64,000 bases of DNA from Vicugna vicugna (Eukaryota), in assembly GCA_013265495.1 (NCBI GenBank), contig MU058213.1:186001-250000 (forward strand), written 5' to 3'. The notes beneath the pieces were generated by a model. That model was not told the DNA's origin. It did no database searches and saw only the letters and a list, made by a program, of their open reading frames with translations. The translations under genes and the position numbers were made by a program. This document shows, in pieces, positions 62,578-64,000 of the stretch. The first letter of the stretch is position 1; the number at the start of each line of letters is the position of its first letter.

Positions 62578-63289
62578 CTTAAAAAAGAAAAAGCAGATAG
62601 TCAGAATAATAGAACCACAAAATAACAGGCTAATAACCAAAATCTAGAATGTGATCACCCCAAAGTCACTATGAGCTTCTTCACAACTCTGCAGTGCACC
62701 CCTTAACTAGTGTCCTACACTAGTGAACTAAATGTCCACTGGCCAAGGCATCTGTAGAAGTCATGAATAAGCCCACTGGTTAAATCAAAACATGCAATAA
62801 TAATCAGTTTGTTCTTTTAATTAAACATTCCACTCTAAATTTAATTTTAAAATTGTTTTTAATTAAAAAGTACTTGTTTAAACAGATAATTAAGTTTAAA
62901 TGAGGCAAATATTTCATTAAAATAAAACTCAAAAGCAGAAAAAAGTCAACCCTTAATCAATAAATCTGTTATCTGCTGTAATTTATTTATGCCCTCACCA
63001 CACGTGCCTCACTGGACTTTCATTCTACATCTTTTATCATTTTCATAATAAATGCTTAAGCAGTCATTACAATTTGCCCTTCAAATGCCCCTAACCAGCC
63101 CTCAAATCATCCAAATCCTAGACCTACCCCTTCCACAAAAGTTTTCAGTCAGCTAAAGAGACACAAGATCTCACCTTTTTTTTAAAACCAGGTTTAATTA
63201 ATGCTCTCCTCACACTGAACCAGAAACTACATATTTATTCCTGACGGCCAAAGATTAACACTGTCCATCTACTGTCGACTGTAACATGA

Positions 63290-63480
63290 TGTGGGCTATA
63301 GTGATTAAGATTGGGAGCAGAAGGCCTGGATTCAAGTTGTAGTCCATCCATACCTTCCTAACAGTGGTAAAGCCACCTAACACCTGAGCCTGTTTCATCT
63401 CAATAGTAATGATCATGTTACTACTTTCCTTGGAGGGTCACTGTCAAATAAGACATTTGAAAGCATTTTATAAAGTCCCT
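63290..63480 (+). mobile_element. MIR SINE
   Basis: tagtgattaaga...gaaggcctggattcaag...ctgagcctgtttcatct... Confidence 0.6.
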
Positions 63481-64000
63481 GCAAAAAATAATTTATCATT
63501 AACTCCAAGAAATCTATTTGAGGATATCCTAAACTTCCCAAATGCTTTGAAGGATTCAAAAACTGACCTCCTTCTGCACTTCCCACAAAAGCCTGGAGTA
63601 AACACACAAAGTGATTTTTCCAACTCTGACTCTACACCTGTCTCAAGGATGGGGAAGAGAACCTCATACTCAAAATTCACCAGTAATTAGAACAGTCTTG
63701 AACTTCCAATTTCACTTCCTCAAAAACACTATTCTATGAATTCCTCGATTACAATTCCATAAGTGACATATTATTTTAAACAGAGCTGCCAGTCCTGCAC
63801 TCCGAACTATTTTATCCACCTTGTTAAAGTCAGTATCATTCTGGGCTAACCAAACTATCATCTTGTACCCTACATTTGCCCTGCAAAGTATCTATCAACT
63901 CTTGTTTAAACATATTTAATAATAGCAAAATGTGGATGAAAAGCCTTAATTCAAAAAAAAGCTTCAATAATTCACAAATGAACACATTCATTCCTTGCAA

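Noticed and set aside
62578..64000. A further upstream DMXL2 exon
   Set aside because: No DMXL-like peptide with suitable splice sites found; the next exon is probably outside the window

Overview
Mammalian genomic DNA, most likely a camelid (tRNA-Ala-derived vic-1-type SINEs and artiodactyl-type L1 3' ends). The window holds the 3' two-thirds of DMXL2 (rabconnectin-3 alpha) on the minus strand. I traced 27 coding exons by splice sites and phase from 62577 to the TAG at 8485-8487: 6179 nt, about 2059 codons, phases consistent throughout. The 5' exons lie beyond the window end. The 3' UTR has three candidate poly(A) signals. Splicing features include a GC-AG intron, a NAGNAG acceptor, a 63-nt symmetric cassette exon and several candidate poison exons. 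The rest is L1, L2, MIR, SINE and DNA-transposon sequence. The most unusual structure is a 3.8-kb insertion (10631-14425) inside one 14-bp target-site duplication. It joins an L1 5'UTR plus ORF1, about 1.2 kb of older L1 debris and unique DNA, and a young L1 3' end with poly(A), so it looks like a HAL1-like ORF1-only chimeric retrotransposon. Also notable are a young betaretrovirus-like solo LTR with a 6-bp TSD, an apparently endonuclease-independent L1 insertion and a three-segment inverted L1. Repeat family names come from motif recognition, not a database search.
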